A stretch of DNA of 16,318 nt, from NCBI GenBank assembly GCA_946615295.1, contig CAMOHL010000005.1, positions 1 through 16,318 on the forward strand, written 5' to 3'. The position numbers and the translations under genes were made by a program. The stretch is from an uncultured Clostridia bacterium (GTDB lineage Bacteria > Bacillota > Clostridia > Christensenellales > UBA1242). Under the pieces are notes generated by a model. The model made no database searches, was not told where the DNA came from, and saw nothing but the letters and a program-made list of their open reading frames with translations. Shown here in pieces: positions 1-7,614 of the stretch (within the stretch, counting starts at the first letter, position 1; every line of letters begins with the position of its first letter).

Positions 1-133
1 AGTTTCTTCCACCAGTCTTTCTAAGAGGTTTAAGCAAACTTTTTTCTGGAGCTTTTTTTGTCAACACTGAATAGTCAGCTGTTGTGTATTCTCTCATCGC
101 AGGTGATGTTGGTTTTTTTGTTATAATAGCCAT
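1..133 (-). CDS. rplB: 50S ribosomal protein L2, N-terminal fragment (gene continues past the left edge)
   Basis: The reverse complement of 1-133 translates to MAIITKKPTSPAMREYTTADYSVLTKKAPEKSLLKPLRKTGGRN, the characteristic L2 N-terminus (KPTSP...GGRN). ATG at 133-131 is preceded by an AGGAGG Shine-Dalgarno site (reverse complement of 137-146). It follows rplW in the canonical S10-operon order. Confidence 0.85.
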   Translation of the reverse strand, partial: MAIITKKPTSPAMREYTTADYSVLTKKAPEKSLLKPLRKTGGRN

Positions 134-149
134 TATATTATCCTCCTAC

Positions 150-446
150 TTATGATAGACTGTCGAAGAATTCAATAGATTTGCTGTCTTGCTTCAATGT
201 TACATAAGCTTTTTTGTAACTTGGAGTAAAGCCATGAGTTCTTCCCCTATCTTGTGATTTTTCTTTTCCTTGAACATTTGTTGTGTTAACTTTTTCTACC
301 TTAACACCAAAAATTGCTTCAACTGCTTTTTTGATTTCAGGTTTTGTTGCTGTTTTCTTAACAATAAATGTGTATTTTTTGCTAGCAATATCAGCATAAC
401 TTTTTTCTGTTAGCACAGGTTTTATAATTACATCATATTCTTTCAT
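150..446 (-). CDS. rplW: 50S ribosomal protein L23
   Basis: 98 aa, MKEYDVIIKPVLTEKS..., typical of L23. ATG at 446, with a GGAGG Shine-Dalgarno site inside the end of rplD. The start overlaps the rplD stop by 4 nt (ATGA), and the gene sits in the conserved rplD-rplW-rplB order. Confidence 0.93.
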   Translation of the reverse strand: MKEYDVIIKPVLTEKSYADIASKKYTFIVKKTATKPEIKKAVEAIFGVKVEKVNTTNVQGKEKSQDRGRTHGFTPSYKKAYVTLKQDSKSIEFFDSLS

Positions 447-1069
447 TTTGTGTATGCCTCCTCAATTGCTTTTACGGCATCTTTTGTCATAAGCACATTT
501 GTGCTAGCAACAACTTCATATGTGTTTGCAAGTTTTGCATCAACAACCAACAAGTTTTGAATGTTTGCAGATGCTCTAAGAAGGTCTGCATTGTCTCCTG
601 TAACAACCAAGAGTGTTGGTTTTGTAAACTTGAATGAATCAAGTATTGCTTGAGCAAACTTTGTTTTTGGTGCTTCAAGTTCAACCTTGTCGAGAACTGT
701 AAGTTCTTTTTGAGCAAGTTTTTGACTCAATGCACTTTTGAAAGCAACTCTCTTTGCTTTTGCATTAACTTTCAAACTAAAATCTCTTGGCTTTGGAGCA
801 AATACAACTCCACCACCTGTAAATTGTGGACCTTTTGTGTCGCCATGACGAGCTCTACCTGTGTGTTTTTGAGCCCATGGCTTTTTGTGATGTCCTCTAA
901 CTTCACTTCTTGTCAAAGTGCTTTTGTTGCCTTGTCTTTGATTTGCGAGATATGCTACAACAACATCGTGAATAAGTGCTTCCTTATATTCAACACCGAA
1001 CACAGTGTCTTTAAGAGTCATAGTCCCACATTCTTCTGCTTTTATATTGTAAACTTTTACTTTTGGCAT
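443..1069 (-). CDS. rplD: 50S ribosomal protein L4
   Basis: 208 aa, MPKVKVYN..., L4 family. ATG at 1069 with a GGAG Shine-Dalgarno site 7 nt upstream. Position is between rplC and rplW. Confidence 0.93.
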   Translation of the reverse strand: MPKVKVYNIKAEECGTMTLKDTVFGVEYKEALIHDVVVAYLANQRQGNKSTLTRSEVRGHHKKPWAQKHTGRARHGDTKGPQFTGGGVVFAPKPRDFSLKVNAKAKRVAFKSALSQKLAQKELTVLDKVELEAPKTKFAQAILDSFKFTKPTLLVVTGDNADLLRASANIQNLLVVDAKLANTYEVVASTNVLMTKDAVKAIEEAYTK

Positions 1070-1086
1070 TTTTATAACTCCTTTTC

Positions 1087-1716
1087 TTATGCTTTAACTG
1101 CATTCTTTATTCTAAGAATTGCACCCTTTGGACCAGGAACTGCTCCCTTGATGAGTAGCACATTTCTGTCTGCATCGACTTTTACTATTTCAAGATTTTG
1201 AATTGTAACCTTTTCATTACCATAATGACCAGGACCTTTCATACCCTTCAATACTCTTGATACTGATGATGTTGCACCAGTAGAACCAGGTGCTCTATGA
1301 ACAAGTGAAACACCGTGTGTCATTCTGTGTCTTCTAGCATTCCATCTTTGGATAACACCAGTAAAACCTCTACCACAAGTTCTTCCACTCACATCAACTT
1401 TTTCACCTTCTGCGAATATATCGCACTTAACTTCACTACCAACTGAATAATTGTCATAATTATCAAATTTGAGTTCAGCTACATGTTTTTTTGCTTCAAC
1501 CTTAGCTTTTTTGAATTCTCCAAGCTCAGGTTTAGTCTTTAAACTTTCTCTTGTGTTTTGGAATGCAACCTTGATTGCTTCATAGCCATCTTTTTCCATT
1601 GTCTTTTTTTGCAAAACTGAACATGGACCTGCTTCGATAACCGTAACAGGAATAATCAAGCCGTTTGGAGCGAAGATTTGTGTCATTCCAAGTTTCTTTC
1701 CGATTATTTCTTTCAT
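1087..1716 (-). CDS. rplC: 50S ribosomal protein L3
   Basis: 209 aa, [15 protein letters not shown]..., the highly conserved L3 N-terminus. ATG at 1716 with an AGGAGAG Shine-Dalgarno site. Contains Trp encoded by TGG (IQRWNARRH). Confidence 0.95.
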   Translation of the reverse strand: MKEIIGKKLGMTQIFAPNGLIIPVTVIEAGPCSVLQKKTMEKDGYEAIKVAFQNTRESLKTKPELGEFKKAKVEAKKHVAELKFDNYDNYSVGSEVKCDIFAEGEKVDVSGRTCGRGFTGVIQRWNARRHRMTHGVSLVHRAPGSTGATSSVSRVLKGMKGPGHYGNEKVTIQNLEIVKVDADRNVLLIKGAVPGPKGAILRIKNAVKA

Positions 1717-1740
1717 TTCTTTTAGACTCTCCTAATTTCC

Positions 1741-2049
1741 TTATAGTTTAATGTTAATATCAACACCAGCTGGAAGGTCCAATTTCATAAGACCATCAAC
1801 GGCTTTTGCACTTGGTGAAATGATATCAATAACTCTTTTGTGAGTTCTGATTTCAAATTGTTCACGGCTATCTTTGTATTTGTGTGGTGAACGAATAACT
1901 GTAACTACTTCTTTTTGTGTAGGAAGTGGAATTGGACCACTGATCTTACAGCCAAGCTTTGCTGCTGCACTTACAATGCGGTTTGCAGCTTCATCAATCA
2001 AGCTATGATCGAATGCCTTCAATTTGATTCTGATTTTTTGTGTTGCCAT
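1741..2049 (-). CDS. rpsJ: 30S ribosomal protein S10
   Basis: 102 aa, [15 protein letters not shown]..., typical of S10. ATG at 2049 with a GGAGG Shine-Dalgarno site. It is the first gene of the S10 operon. Confidence 0.95.
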   Translation of the reverse strand: MATQKIRIKLKAFDHSLIDEAANRIVSAAAKLGCKISGPIPLPTQKEVVTVIRSPHKYKDSREQFEIRTHKRVIDIISPSAKAVDGLMKLDLPAGVDINIKL

Positions 2050-2247
2050 CTGTATCCTCCATTATTTTATAAGCAAGTTCAATTTCCTTACACTGCCCCG
2101 TGTGTTTCAAATTGTGGAACTTAAAAAAAGTTGGGATAGTGTGGTCTTGCTTATTCGCCCAAATTGTTTTGGACTTGTCTGCAAAAGTTTTCTTTTAACC
2201 TAATGGTGAAAAAAGTAACCTTCTGCTTCAACCCATTACCCACAATT
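2050..2247 (-). promoter_or_regulatory. Long (~200 nt) 5' leader of the S10 operon, GC-richer than its surroundings, with a candidate attenuator hairpin (TTGGG...CCCAA followed by U7)
   Basis: This is the distance from the predicted transcription start just downstream of the -10 (2255-2260) to the rpsJ ATG. On the minus strand the leader contains TTGGGCGAATAAGCAAGACCACACTATCCCAACTTTTTTT (plus-strand coordinates about 2133-2172). The stem is short (5-6 bp) and the loop is long, so the call is weak. Confidence 0.35.
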
Positions 2248-2254
2248 CTTTGAT

Positions 2255-2283
2255 ATTATACAACAACGGACATGCAATGTCAA
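2255..2283 (-). promoter_or_regulatory. S10-operon promoter with TTGACA-17-TATAAT and an AT-rich UP-like region upstream (about 2290-2400)
   Basis: Minus strand reads TTGACAttgcatgtccgttgttgTATAAT. Both hexamers match consensus perfectly and the spacer is 17 nt. Plus-strand coordinates: -35 at 2278-2283, -10 at 2255-2260. Confidence 0.6.
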
Positions 2284-2401
2284 CCCTTTTTGAGAAAGTT
2301 TTTTATTTATTTTATTGATAATATTTTATATAATAAATTTATACAAAATAAGAATTTTTAACTTTTGTTTTAACTATATTTTTTTGTTGAATTTTTGCAA
2401 C

Positions 2402-2428
2402 AAAAAAAGATGTAACTCACATCTTTTT
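2402..2428. terminator. Bidirectional rho-independent terminator candidate downstream of the DUF1858 gene
   Basis: aaaaaaAGATGTaactcACATCTtttt: a 6-bp stem (2408-2413 pairing with 2419-2424), a 5-nt loop, an A6 run upstream and a T-run downstream. On the minus strand the hairpin is followed by T7. The stem is weak (2 GC pairs), as is common in AT-rich genomes. Confidence 0.4.
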
Positions 2429-2434
2429 GTTTGT

Positions 2435-2635
2435 TTAATCAATTTCATTAAGTTTTTCTAATAGCAAGTCCAAATCGCAATCGTGAACTTGTGCTGCTTC
2501 TTCCAAAGTTTCCATTTGACTTATTGGACAAGAAAAACAGTGCATTCCAAATCCCATTAAAATCTGTGGTGCTTGATTTCTATATTGCAACACTTCTTGA
2601 AGTGTCATATCTTTTGTTATTTGCATTTTGTTCAT
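2435..2635 (-). CDS. Small DUF1858-type redox-disulfide protein (hybrid-cluster-protein-associated family)
   Basis: 66 aa, MNKMQITKDMTLQEVL...GFGMHCFSCPISQMETLEEAAQVHDCDLDLLLEKLN. The KDMT..EV, FGMHC.GCP and ETLEEAA..H..DLD..L..LN motifs match the DUF1858 signature. ATG at 2635 with a GGAGA Shine-Dalgarno site 5 nt upstream. Confidence 0.7.
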   Translation of the reverse strand: MNKMQITKDMTLQEVLQYRNQAPQILMGFGMHCFSCPISQMETLEEAAQVHDCDLDLLLEKLNEID

Positions 2636-2773
2636 ATTATTCTCCTTTTTGTTTTGCTGTTTGATAATTTGATTGTTTTTTACTTTTTGAATTGTCTCAA
2701 GTTGTTTTTATTTTTTCTGTGTTTTTTAACAATTTAACTGTTTTATACTTTCCGTAAAACAAAGACAATAAAA

Positions 2774-4099
2774 CTATTTTAAGCTATTGCCACACTTAAA
2801 GCATTTCTCACTATTTATTGCATTAAATGCTCCACATCTTAGACATTGTTTATATTCAACTGTCTTTTTTATTGGTTCATAATATTCATAATCAATTTCA
2901 TCATCTTTAGTTTGCTCTTCACTGCCATCTAGTTCACTTTCTAAAAATGAATCCTCTTTTTCTAATTCAGCATTGTTAATGCTCGTTGCTTCATCATCAC
3001 TTATATTTTCAGTATTTGAATTTTCAGTGTTTGTGGTATTGTCATTTATATCATATTTTTCTTTATCGTCAAAAGAATTTTTGGATATTTCAAAATTTTC
3101 TTTGCTTTCAAATTCGCTTTGAAAAACTTGTTCAGCATCGATTGTTTCACTTTGATTTCCTTCAAACTCTTCTTGTAAATCATTTGAATACTCTGTTTGG
3201 TTTGGTGTTTCTACATCATTTTCATTGCTGTTTTGAATGTGCTTATCTCCACTTTGCAATTCTATGTTTTGTTCTACATCTTCTTTTGACAACTCATTTG
3301 CATTGTTTTGAATTTCAATTTGTTCTGGCTCGCTGTCTTTGATTTGTTCGGTATCTTGATATTCAACTTGTTTTTCTTGCTTAATCTCTTCAAAAGACAA
3401 TTGAGTTTTTTTGTATATATTTTTTGGTAATATTACATCAGTTATTTCAACTGATATGATTTCAACTCCAACATCTGCCAACTTTTTATTTAAGTAATCA
3501 ACCAAACCTTCAAAACAAACAGAGTCCTTTTCATATATTTGATATAGGGAAGGTGAGTTCTTTTGAATTTTTTTTGACGATATTGTTGATACCCAATAAG
3601 ATAGTTCATTTTTTGCAATTTTGTTTCTAACAACTCCATATTGAGTAAATAGTGCATCTACAAAATCAATAGGTCTAACAATTTTGTAAGAAAACTTGCC
3701 CTTTATGTCAGCATACACTTTTTTAAAATTCTTATCTTTTATGCAAATACTTTCTATGCTAGGAAATTTTTGATCATCAAACTGCTCCAAGCTCACATAG
3801 TATATGTCTGCCTTGAAACTGTTTGGATATTCACCTTTTTTGTTTGGTTTTGATAGTTTCAATTCTCTTGCAAGTATAGGTAAATTTCTAATTTCTAATT
3901 TATGAACACCTTCCAAAAATGTATCCATAATTTTGTTTTTTACGGATATGATTGCTATATGGTTTTTGTCAACTTCTATTTTTGTGCCAAGTTTTATAGA
4001 TTTGTTTAAAGATGTTGCAGAAACAAGTTTTGATTTGTCATTATCTTCGAGTGTAATTCTGTTTGTGAAAATCTTTTTTAACCATTTAAATAAATTCAT
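2774..4099 (-). CDS. YdjI-like SPFH / 'virion-core' fold protein (COG4260 type) with a long acidic low-complexity insert and a C-terminal CxxCG...CxxCG zinc ribbon. Start moved to the internal Met: the ORF track begins at 4195, the likely real start is 4099.
   Basis: From M33 the N-terminus reads MNLFKWLKKIF..., resembling the MGLFDK-type starts of this family. A central stretch (...IEVDKNHIAIISVKN..FLEGVHKLEIRNLPIL...) aligns with my recollection of B. subtilis YdjI. The C-terminus reads CLRCGAFNAINSEKCFKCG. A start at 4195 would leave only 3 bp to the divergent PRC gene, and a consensus promoter abuts the 4099 ATG. Residues about 275-440 are a D/E/N/S-rich insertion. Confidence 0.6.
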   Translation of the reverse strand: MNLFKWLKKIFTNRITLEDNDKSKLVSATSLNKSIKLGTKIEVDKNHIAIISVKNKIMDTFLEGVHKLEIRNLPILARELKLSKPNKKGEYPNSFKADIYYVSLEQFDDQKFPSIESICIKDKNFKKVYADIKGKFSYKIVRPIDFVDALFTQYGVVRNKIAKNELSYWVSTISSKKIQKNSPSLYQIYEKDSVCFEGLVDYLNKKLADVGVEIISVEITDVILPKNIYKKTQLSFEEIKQEKQVEYQDTEQIKDSEPEQIEIQNNANELSKEDVEQNIELQSGDKHIQNSNENDVETPNQTEYSNDLQEEFEGNQSETIDAEQVFQSEFESKENFEISKNSFDDKEKYDINDNTTNTENSNTENISDDEATSINNAELEKEDSFLESELDGSEEQTKDDEIDYEYYEPIKKTVEYKQCLRCGAFNAINSEKCFKCGNSLK

Positions 4100-4105
4100 A
4101 TATTT

Positions 4106-4134
4106 ATTATACCACCCAAAAAAAATTGTATCAA
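4106..4134 (-). promoter_or_regulatory. Promoter of the YdjI-like gene: TTGATA-17-TGgTATAAT (extended -10), with the -10 ending 6 nt before the ATG, giving a leaderless mRNA
   Basis: Minus strand reads aTTGATAcaattttttttgggTGGTATAATaaatatATG. Plus-strand coordinates: -35 at 4129-4134, -10 at 4106-4111. The spacer is exactly 17 nt and contains a T8 homopolymer. There is no Shine-Dalgarno site. Confidence 0.5.
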
Positions 4135-4234
4135 TAAATTTTGTATTTATTATTTTGCAAATAAAAAACTTTGATGTCAAATAGTTATATATCATTTTTT
4201 GCTTGAATATAATTATTTACAAGTGGAGGTTATT

Positions 4235-4948
4235 TTGGAAAGAGTTTCGAAATTTTTAGGAAAACCTGTGATAAGCATTTATGATGCAAACATAGAAGGA
4301 TATATAAAAAATGTGCTTTTGGACAAAAAGATGAACAAAATTTTGTGGCTTTGTGTTTTTGATGATGATTCACAAGAAGAAAAGTTGATTAGCACTGCAA
4401 GCATTTATAATTTTGCTGAATCGGCAGTGATGATAAAAAACAGTGAAAACACATTTTGGTTAGACACAATTGACACAAAGGACATAAACCCTATTGGATA
4501 TAAAGTTTATAATGTTGATGGAAAGTTTGTTGGACAGATTTGTGATGTGGAATTTAACAATCATTTTACCGTTCAAAACATCTATTTGCAAAATGATGAA
4601 TTGCTTGAAAAATCAAACATATTGAATGTTGGAGAAAAAGTTATAATCAAAAAAGAAAACAAGAATATTTCAATTTCTAATTTTAAGCCAAAATCTATTG
4701 TCGTAAGTTCGCAAACAGAAAACATTCCTGTTACAATTTTAGAAACTGAAAGACAAGAAAAATTGACACCAAAAAAAGTTTTGACTGATGGCTACGAATT
4801 TTTGATTGGTCGAAAAGTTGGTCAAAATATATACACTGAAAATGGTCAACTCATTGCCAAAAAAAATAGCAAAATAACAGCTCATATAATTGATTTGGCA
4901 AGCAAAAATGGACAACTAAAAGAATTGACTTCTTATAGCCTTGTCTAA
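4235..4948 (+). CDS. PRC-barrel domain protein (2-3 PRC-like repeats), with a probable TTG start at 4235. The ORF track starts at an upstream TTG at 4199.
   Basis: GKPVISIYDANIEGYIKNVLLD, IGYKVYNVDGKFVGQICDVEF and LIGRKVGQNIYTENGQLIAKK resemble PRC-barrel (YlmC/RimM-C-like) motifs. GGAGG (4225-4229) lies 5 nt before TTG 4235, whereas the 4199 TTG has no Shine-Dalgarno site and would abut the divergent gene. It is the only plus-strand gene in the window. Confidence 0.5.
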   Translation: MERVSKFLGKPVISIYDANIEGYIKNVLLDKKMNKILWLCVFDDDSQEEKLISTASIYNFAESAVMIKNSENTFWLDTIDTKDINPIGYKVYNVDGKFVGQICDVEFNNHFTVQNIYLQNDELLEKSNILNVGEKVIIKKENKNISISNFKPKSIVVSSQTENIPVTILETERQEKLTPKKVLTDGYEFLIGRKVGQNIYTENGQLIAKKNSKITAHIIDLASKNGQLKELTSYSLV

Positions 4949-5076
4949 CAATAACTGAAACAGAAAGCAAAAAAAATAAATTTTGTTTTGTATATCAATT
5001 TTGAAATAAACCTGTATAGATTTAAAAATAAATAGAAATCAATATAAAATCAATTTTTTATTAAAAAACGAGAACA

Positions 5077-5114
5077 TAAAAAAAACTATAACAAAATGTT
5101 ATAGTCTTTTTTTT
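5077..5114. terminator. Bidirectional rho-independent terminator shared by the convergent PRC-barrel and coiled-coil genes
   Basis: aaaaaaaaACTATAACaaaatGTTATAGTctttttttt: an 8-bp perfect stem (5085-5092 pairing with 5098-5105), a 5-nt loop, A8 upstream and T8 downstream. The T-run overlaps the stop codon of the 810-aa gene. Confidence 0.65.
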
Positions 5115-7545
5115 ATTTTGAATCAGAATCAATATCTTTGATTGCCTTGTTGATTTGTTCGTTGAATTCATCAAGATTTATATCAAGTTTTATTCCACCA
5201 TTACTTTGGTCGCCGTTGTTTTGATCGCCATCATTTTTCTTTTTTGTTACTCTTTTTGCTGGCTTTTTATCTGCCATCTTTTTTGCTGGTTTTTTTGTTG
5301 ACTTTGCCTTTGTTGCCTTTTTTGGACTATCAACTTCTTCATCAACAACTTTTTGTGTTTCTTCAAGTTGCTTTGAAAGATCTTTGCTTTGTTTTTCAAG
5401 TTCTTCCTTCTTTTCTTCAATCAATCTTTCAAGCTCTTCTATTTCATCTTTTTTATCTTCAACTGATGGCTCAACTTGTTTTTCAACAACTGGTTCTACA
5501 ATTTGTTCTTCTTCAACTTCTTCTGGTTTGTTTGAGTTACTGTTTTCCCATTGAAAGTCATAAACCGGTTTTTTGAATTTTGTTTTTAATTCTTCCAAAG
5601 ATGCTTGTTTTTGCTCTTCTTCTTTTCTCTTTGCTTTGACTTCTTCAGGATCTTCTCCCAATGCTTTCAAAATATCATCGTCAGTAAATAAACCTTCGTT
5701 TGAAATTTCAACAGGTTCTTCTTCAACTACTCCTGGAATTTCAACAGGTTCTTCTTCAACTACTTCTGGAGTTTCAACAACTTCTTCCACAGGTTCAGAA
5801 ACTTCAACCGGTTCAGCTTCTTCGCCATTTACTTGTGAGTCAAGCTTTATATATTCTTTTTCACCATTTGTATTGATAATATATGCATTTGCATCATCAT
5901 CAAAGAAAATTTCATTGCCTTTATAGTCAAAATATCTATTTACAATAACTTGTTTTTTGTGCTTCAAATCTTTGATTTGAGCTTTTTGTTCAGCAATGAT
6001 TTGTTCTTTTCTTTCAAGTTCAATATTTCTGCTTTCTGCTTCTTTCTTTGCTTCAAAAATTTCTTGATCCTTTGCTGTTGAATATTGGTCAAATTCTTCC
6101 TTTATCTTTTGAGCTTCTTCAATTGTTCCTTCGTATTCAGCAAGTTTTGTAGAAAGCTGTTCGCAAAGTTCGGTTTTTTCTTCACAAACTGTATTCTTTT
6201 CTACATACAACTTTTCCTTTTCTTCCAAATCTTGTTGAAGTTGCAATTTTTCTGCTGTGAGTGTGTCAACTTCTTCTTTTACTTGTTCATCAACAATCTT
6301 TTTGAGTTCTGCATATATTTTGTCAGCATAAGATTTAAACTCTCCGTTGATTCTAACTTCTGCATCTTGTTTGAAGTTTTCAATTTCAGCTCTCTTGGCT
6401 TCAATTTGTTCTTCTAGTTGCTTTTTGTCAGCTTCATACTTCTTGTTGTCTTCATCAGCTTCCTTTTCAAGTTGTCTTTGCTTTTGAATTTCATTTTCTC
6501 TTTGTTTTCTCAAATCGTTACCAACAATAAGATTTGTTGTGTTGTCGAGTTTTTCTTTTAATCTATCCAAAGAATCTTTGATATCTCTCAACTTTCTTTG
6601 AGTTGTCTTGTTCTTTTCTTCATAGCTCTTGTTGAGCATATCAACAGCACCTTGCAACTCGCTGATTTCAGCATAAACTCTGTTTTTGTTGCCAATAACA
6701 TATTCAGCTTCTCTCATTGAACTTTCCATAACAAGACTACCATTTATGCCAAGTGCAGAAAAGTCATATTGTTCATGAACAACTTGACTCTCTTTTGCCT
6801 TGTTGATTTGTTCTTGTTCAAACAAAGCTCTTTGTTGCAAATATTCTTGCAAAACAGGAATTCCACTTGTGATTTCCTTTCTTGTAAACAAAATTTCATA
6901 ATCTATATAATCAGGCAATGTTGTGCAAGCTCTGTCTATTGCTTTTTGAAAATCTGCAAAATCATAATACAAGTCTGATTGAGAAGAATTTCTGCGAGCT
7001 TTTAGGAACAACACATAGATTGCACCAATAAACACAATTGCAAGTGAAACCATCAAACTTGACAAAATTCCATTGAGAATTGAAGTTTCTGAAATATATG
7101 TGTAGTATGACAAGTTAAACAAAACCATCAAAACACTCAAGCAAATTATTCCAACTCTAACAGCAACAATTTGACTGCCATATATACTTGATTTGAATGG
7201 CTTTTCAACACAGTTGCTATCTGTGAAAAAGTCGCTTGGCTTTTTGTCCCTATTCACCATATATTGTTGCCATTGCAATCTCATAGGTTGAGGAATTTTT
7301 TTCATCAACTTGTTAAATTCAACCAAATTGTCTTCATTGATGAAAGGATTTAATTCAAGATATTTGTTTATCTTGTGAACTGCTCTTGCTGTTTTGATTT
7401 CAATTGAAAATTGAGTTATGATGAAGCTAATTATAATAAGCAACAATGTAAGACCCAATCCAATAACAGCAACCCAGCCAATGCCAATTGTTGAAGCAAC
7501 TTCACCAATCGCATTTATTATTGTGCCAAAAACATCTAATAACAT
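5113..7545 (-). CDS. 810-aa multi-pass membrane protein with a long cytoplasmic coiled-coil, acidic proline-rich tandem repeats and a lysine-rich histone-H1-like C-terminal tail. Function unknown.
   Basis: The N-terminus has a roughly 40-residue hydrophobic stretch (one long or two helices), a loop of about 75 aa, then two more TM helices ending in KARRN. The region KEKLDNTTNL...QIKDLKHKK is heptad-rich, charged and coiled-coil-like. It is followed by PVEVSEPVEEVVETPEVVEEEPVEIPGVVEEEPVEI repeats and then PKKATKAKSTKKPAKKMADKKPAKRVTKKK. ATG at 7545 with an AAGGGG Shine-Dalgarno site, and its own consensus promoter. Confidence 0.8.
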   Translation of the reverse strand: MLLDVFGTIINAIGEVASTIGIGWVAVIGLGLTLLLIIISFIITQFSIEIKTARAVHKINKYLELNPFINEDNLVEFNKLMKKIPQPMRLQWQQYMVNRDKKPSDFFTDSNCVEKPFKSSIYGSQIVAVRVGIICLSVLMVLFNLSYYTYISETSILNGILSSLMVSLAIVFIGAIYVLFLKARRNSSQSDLYYDFADFQKAIDRACTTLPDYIDYEILFTRKEITSGIPVLQEYLQQRALFEQEQINKAKESQVVHEQYDFSALGINGSLVMESSMREAEYVIGNKNRVYAEISELQGAVDMLNKSYEEKNKTTQRKLRDIKDSLDRLKEKLDNTTNLIVGNDLRKQRENEIQKQRQLEKEADEDNKKYEADKKQLEEQIEAKRAEIENFKQDAEVRINGEFKSYADKIYAELKKIVDEQVKEEVDTLTAEKLQLQQDLEEKEKLYVEKNTVCEEKTELCEQLSTKLAEYEGTIEEAQKIKEEFDQYSTAKDQEIFEAKKEAESRNIELERKEQIIAEQKAQIKDLKHKKQVIVNRYFDYKGNEIFFDDDANAYIINTNGEKEYIKLDSQVNGEEAEPVEVSEPVEEVVETPEVVEEEPVEIPGVVEEEPVEISNEGLFTDDDILKALGEDPEEVKAKRKEEEQKQASLEELKTKFKKPVYDFQWENSNSNKPEEVEEEQIVEPVVEKQVEPSVEDKKDEIEELERLIEEKKEELEKQSKDLSKQLEETQKVVDEEVDSPKKATKAKSTKKPAKKMADKKPAKRVTKKKNDGDQNNGDQSNGGIKLDINLDEFNEQINKAIKDIDSDSK
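5704..5830. repeat. In-frame 33-bp tandem repeat inside the 810-aa gene: two near-identical units plus degenerate copies
   Basis: Unit 1 (5704-5736) aatttcaacaggttcttcttcaactactcctgg and unit 2 (5737-5769) aatttcaacaggttcttcttcaactacttctgg differ by 1 nt. Each encodes PGVVEEEPVEI. Degenerate PE-rich copies follow to about 5830. Confidence 0.75.
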
Positions 7546-7576
7546 AACATTACCCCTTTTTGCATTAACTAACTAT

Positions 7577-7605
7577 AGTATAAATTTTGTTTAAAAATTT
7601 GTCAA
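7577..7605 (-). promoter_or_regulatory. Promoter of the 810-aa gene: TTGACA-17-TATACT
   Basis: Minus strand reads TTGACAaatttttaaacaaaattTATACT. Plus-strand coordinates: -35 at 7600-7605, -10 at 7577-7582. It lies 10 nt after the addA stop codon, about 25 nt upstream of an AAGGGG Shine-Dalgarno site and the ATG. Confidence 0.55.
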
Positions 7606-7614
7606 ATATAATAA

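Noticed and set aside
650-1201. Plus-strand ORFs antisense to the ribosomal, addAB and coiled-coil genes (for example 650-1201, 2986-3342, 5244-5576, 5573-5926, 6085-6417, 9444-9695, 16040-16294) and the alternative-frame ORF 487-717
   Set aside because: They are low-complexity, F/L/C- or S/T-rich translations of the antisense strand of well-supported genes. None has a ribosome-binding site, and they are typical artefacts of AT-rich sequence.
2740-2760. The hairpin GTTTTA-tactttccg-TAAAAC between the YdjI-like and DUF1858 genes, considered as a terminator
   Set aside because: No U-run follows it on either strand. The two genes are probably co-transcribed.
4100-4234. ORF-track starts at 4195 (minus strand) and 4199 (plus strand), which leave a 3-bp gap between divergent genes
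   Set aside because: There would be no room for promoters or ribosome-binding sites. A consensus promoter abuts the internal ATG at 4099, and GGAGG precedes the TTG at 4235.
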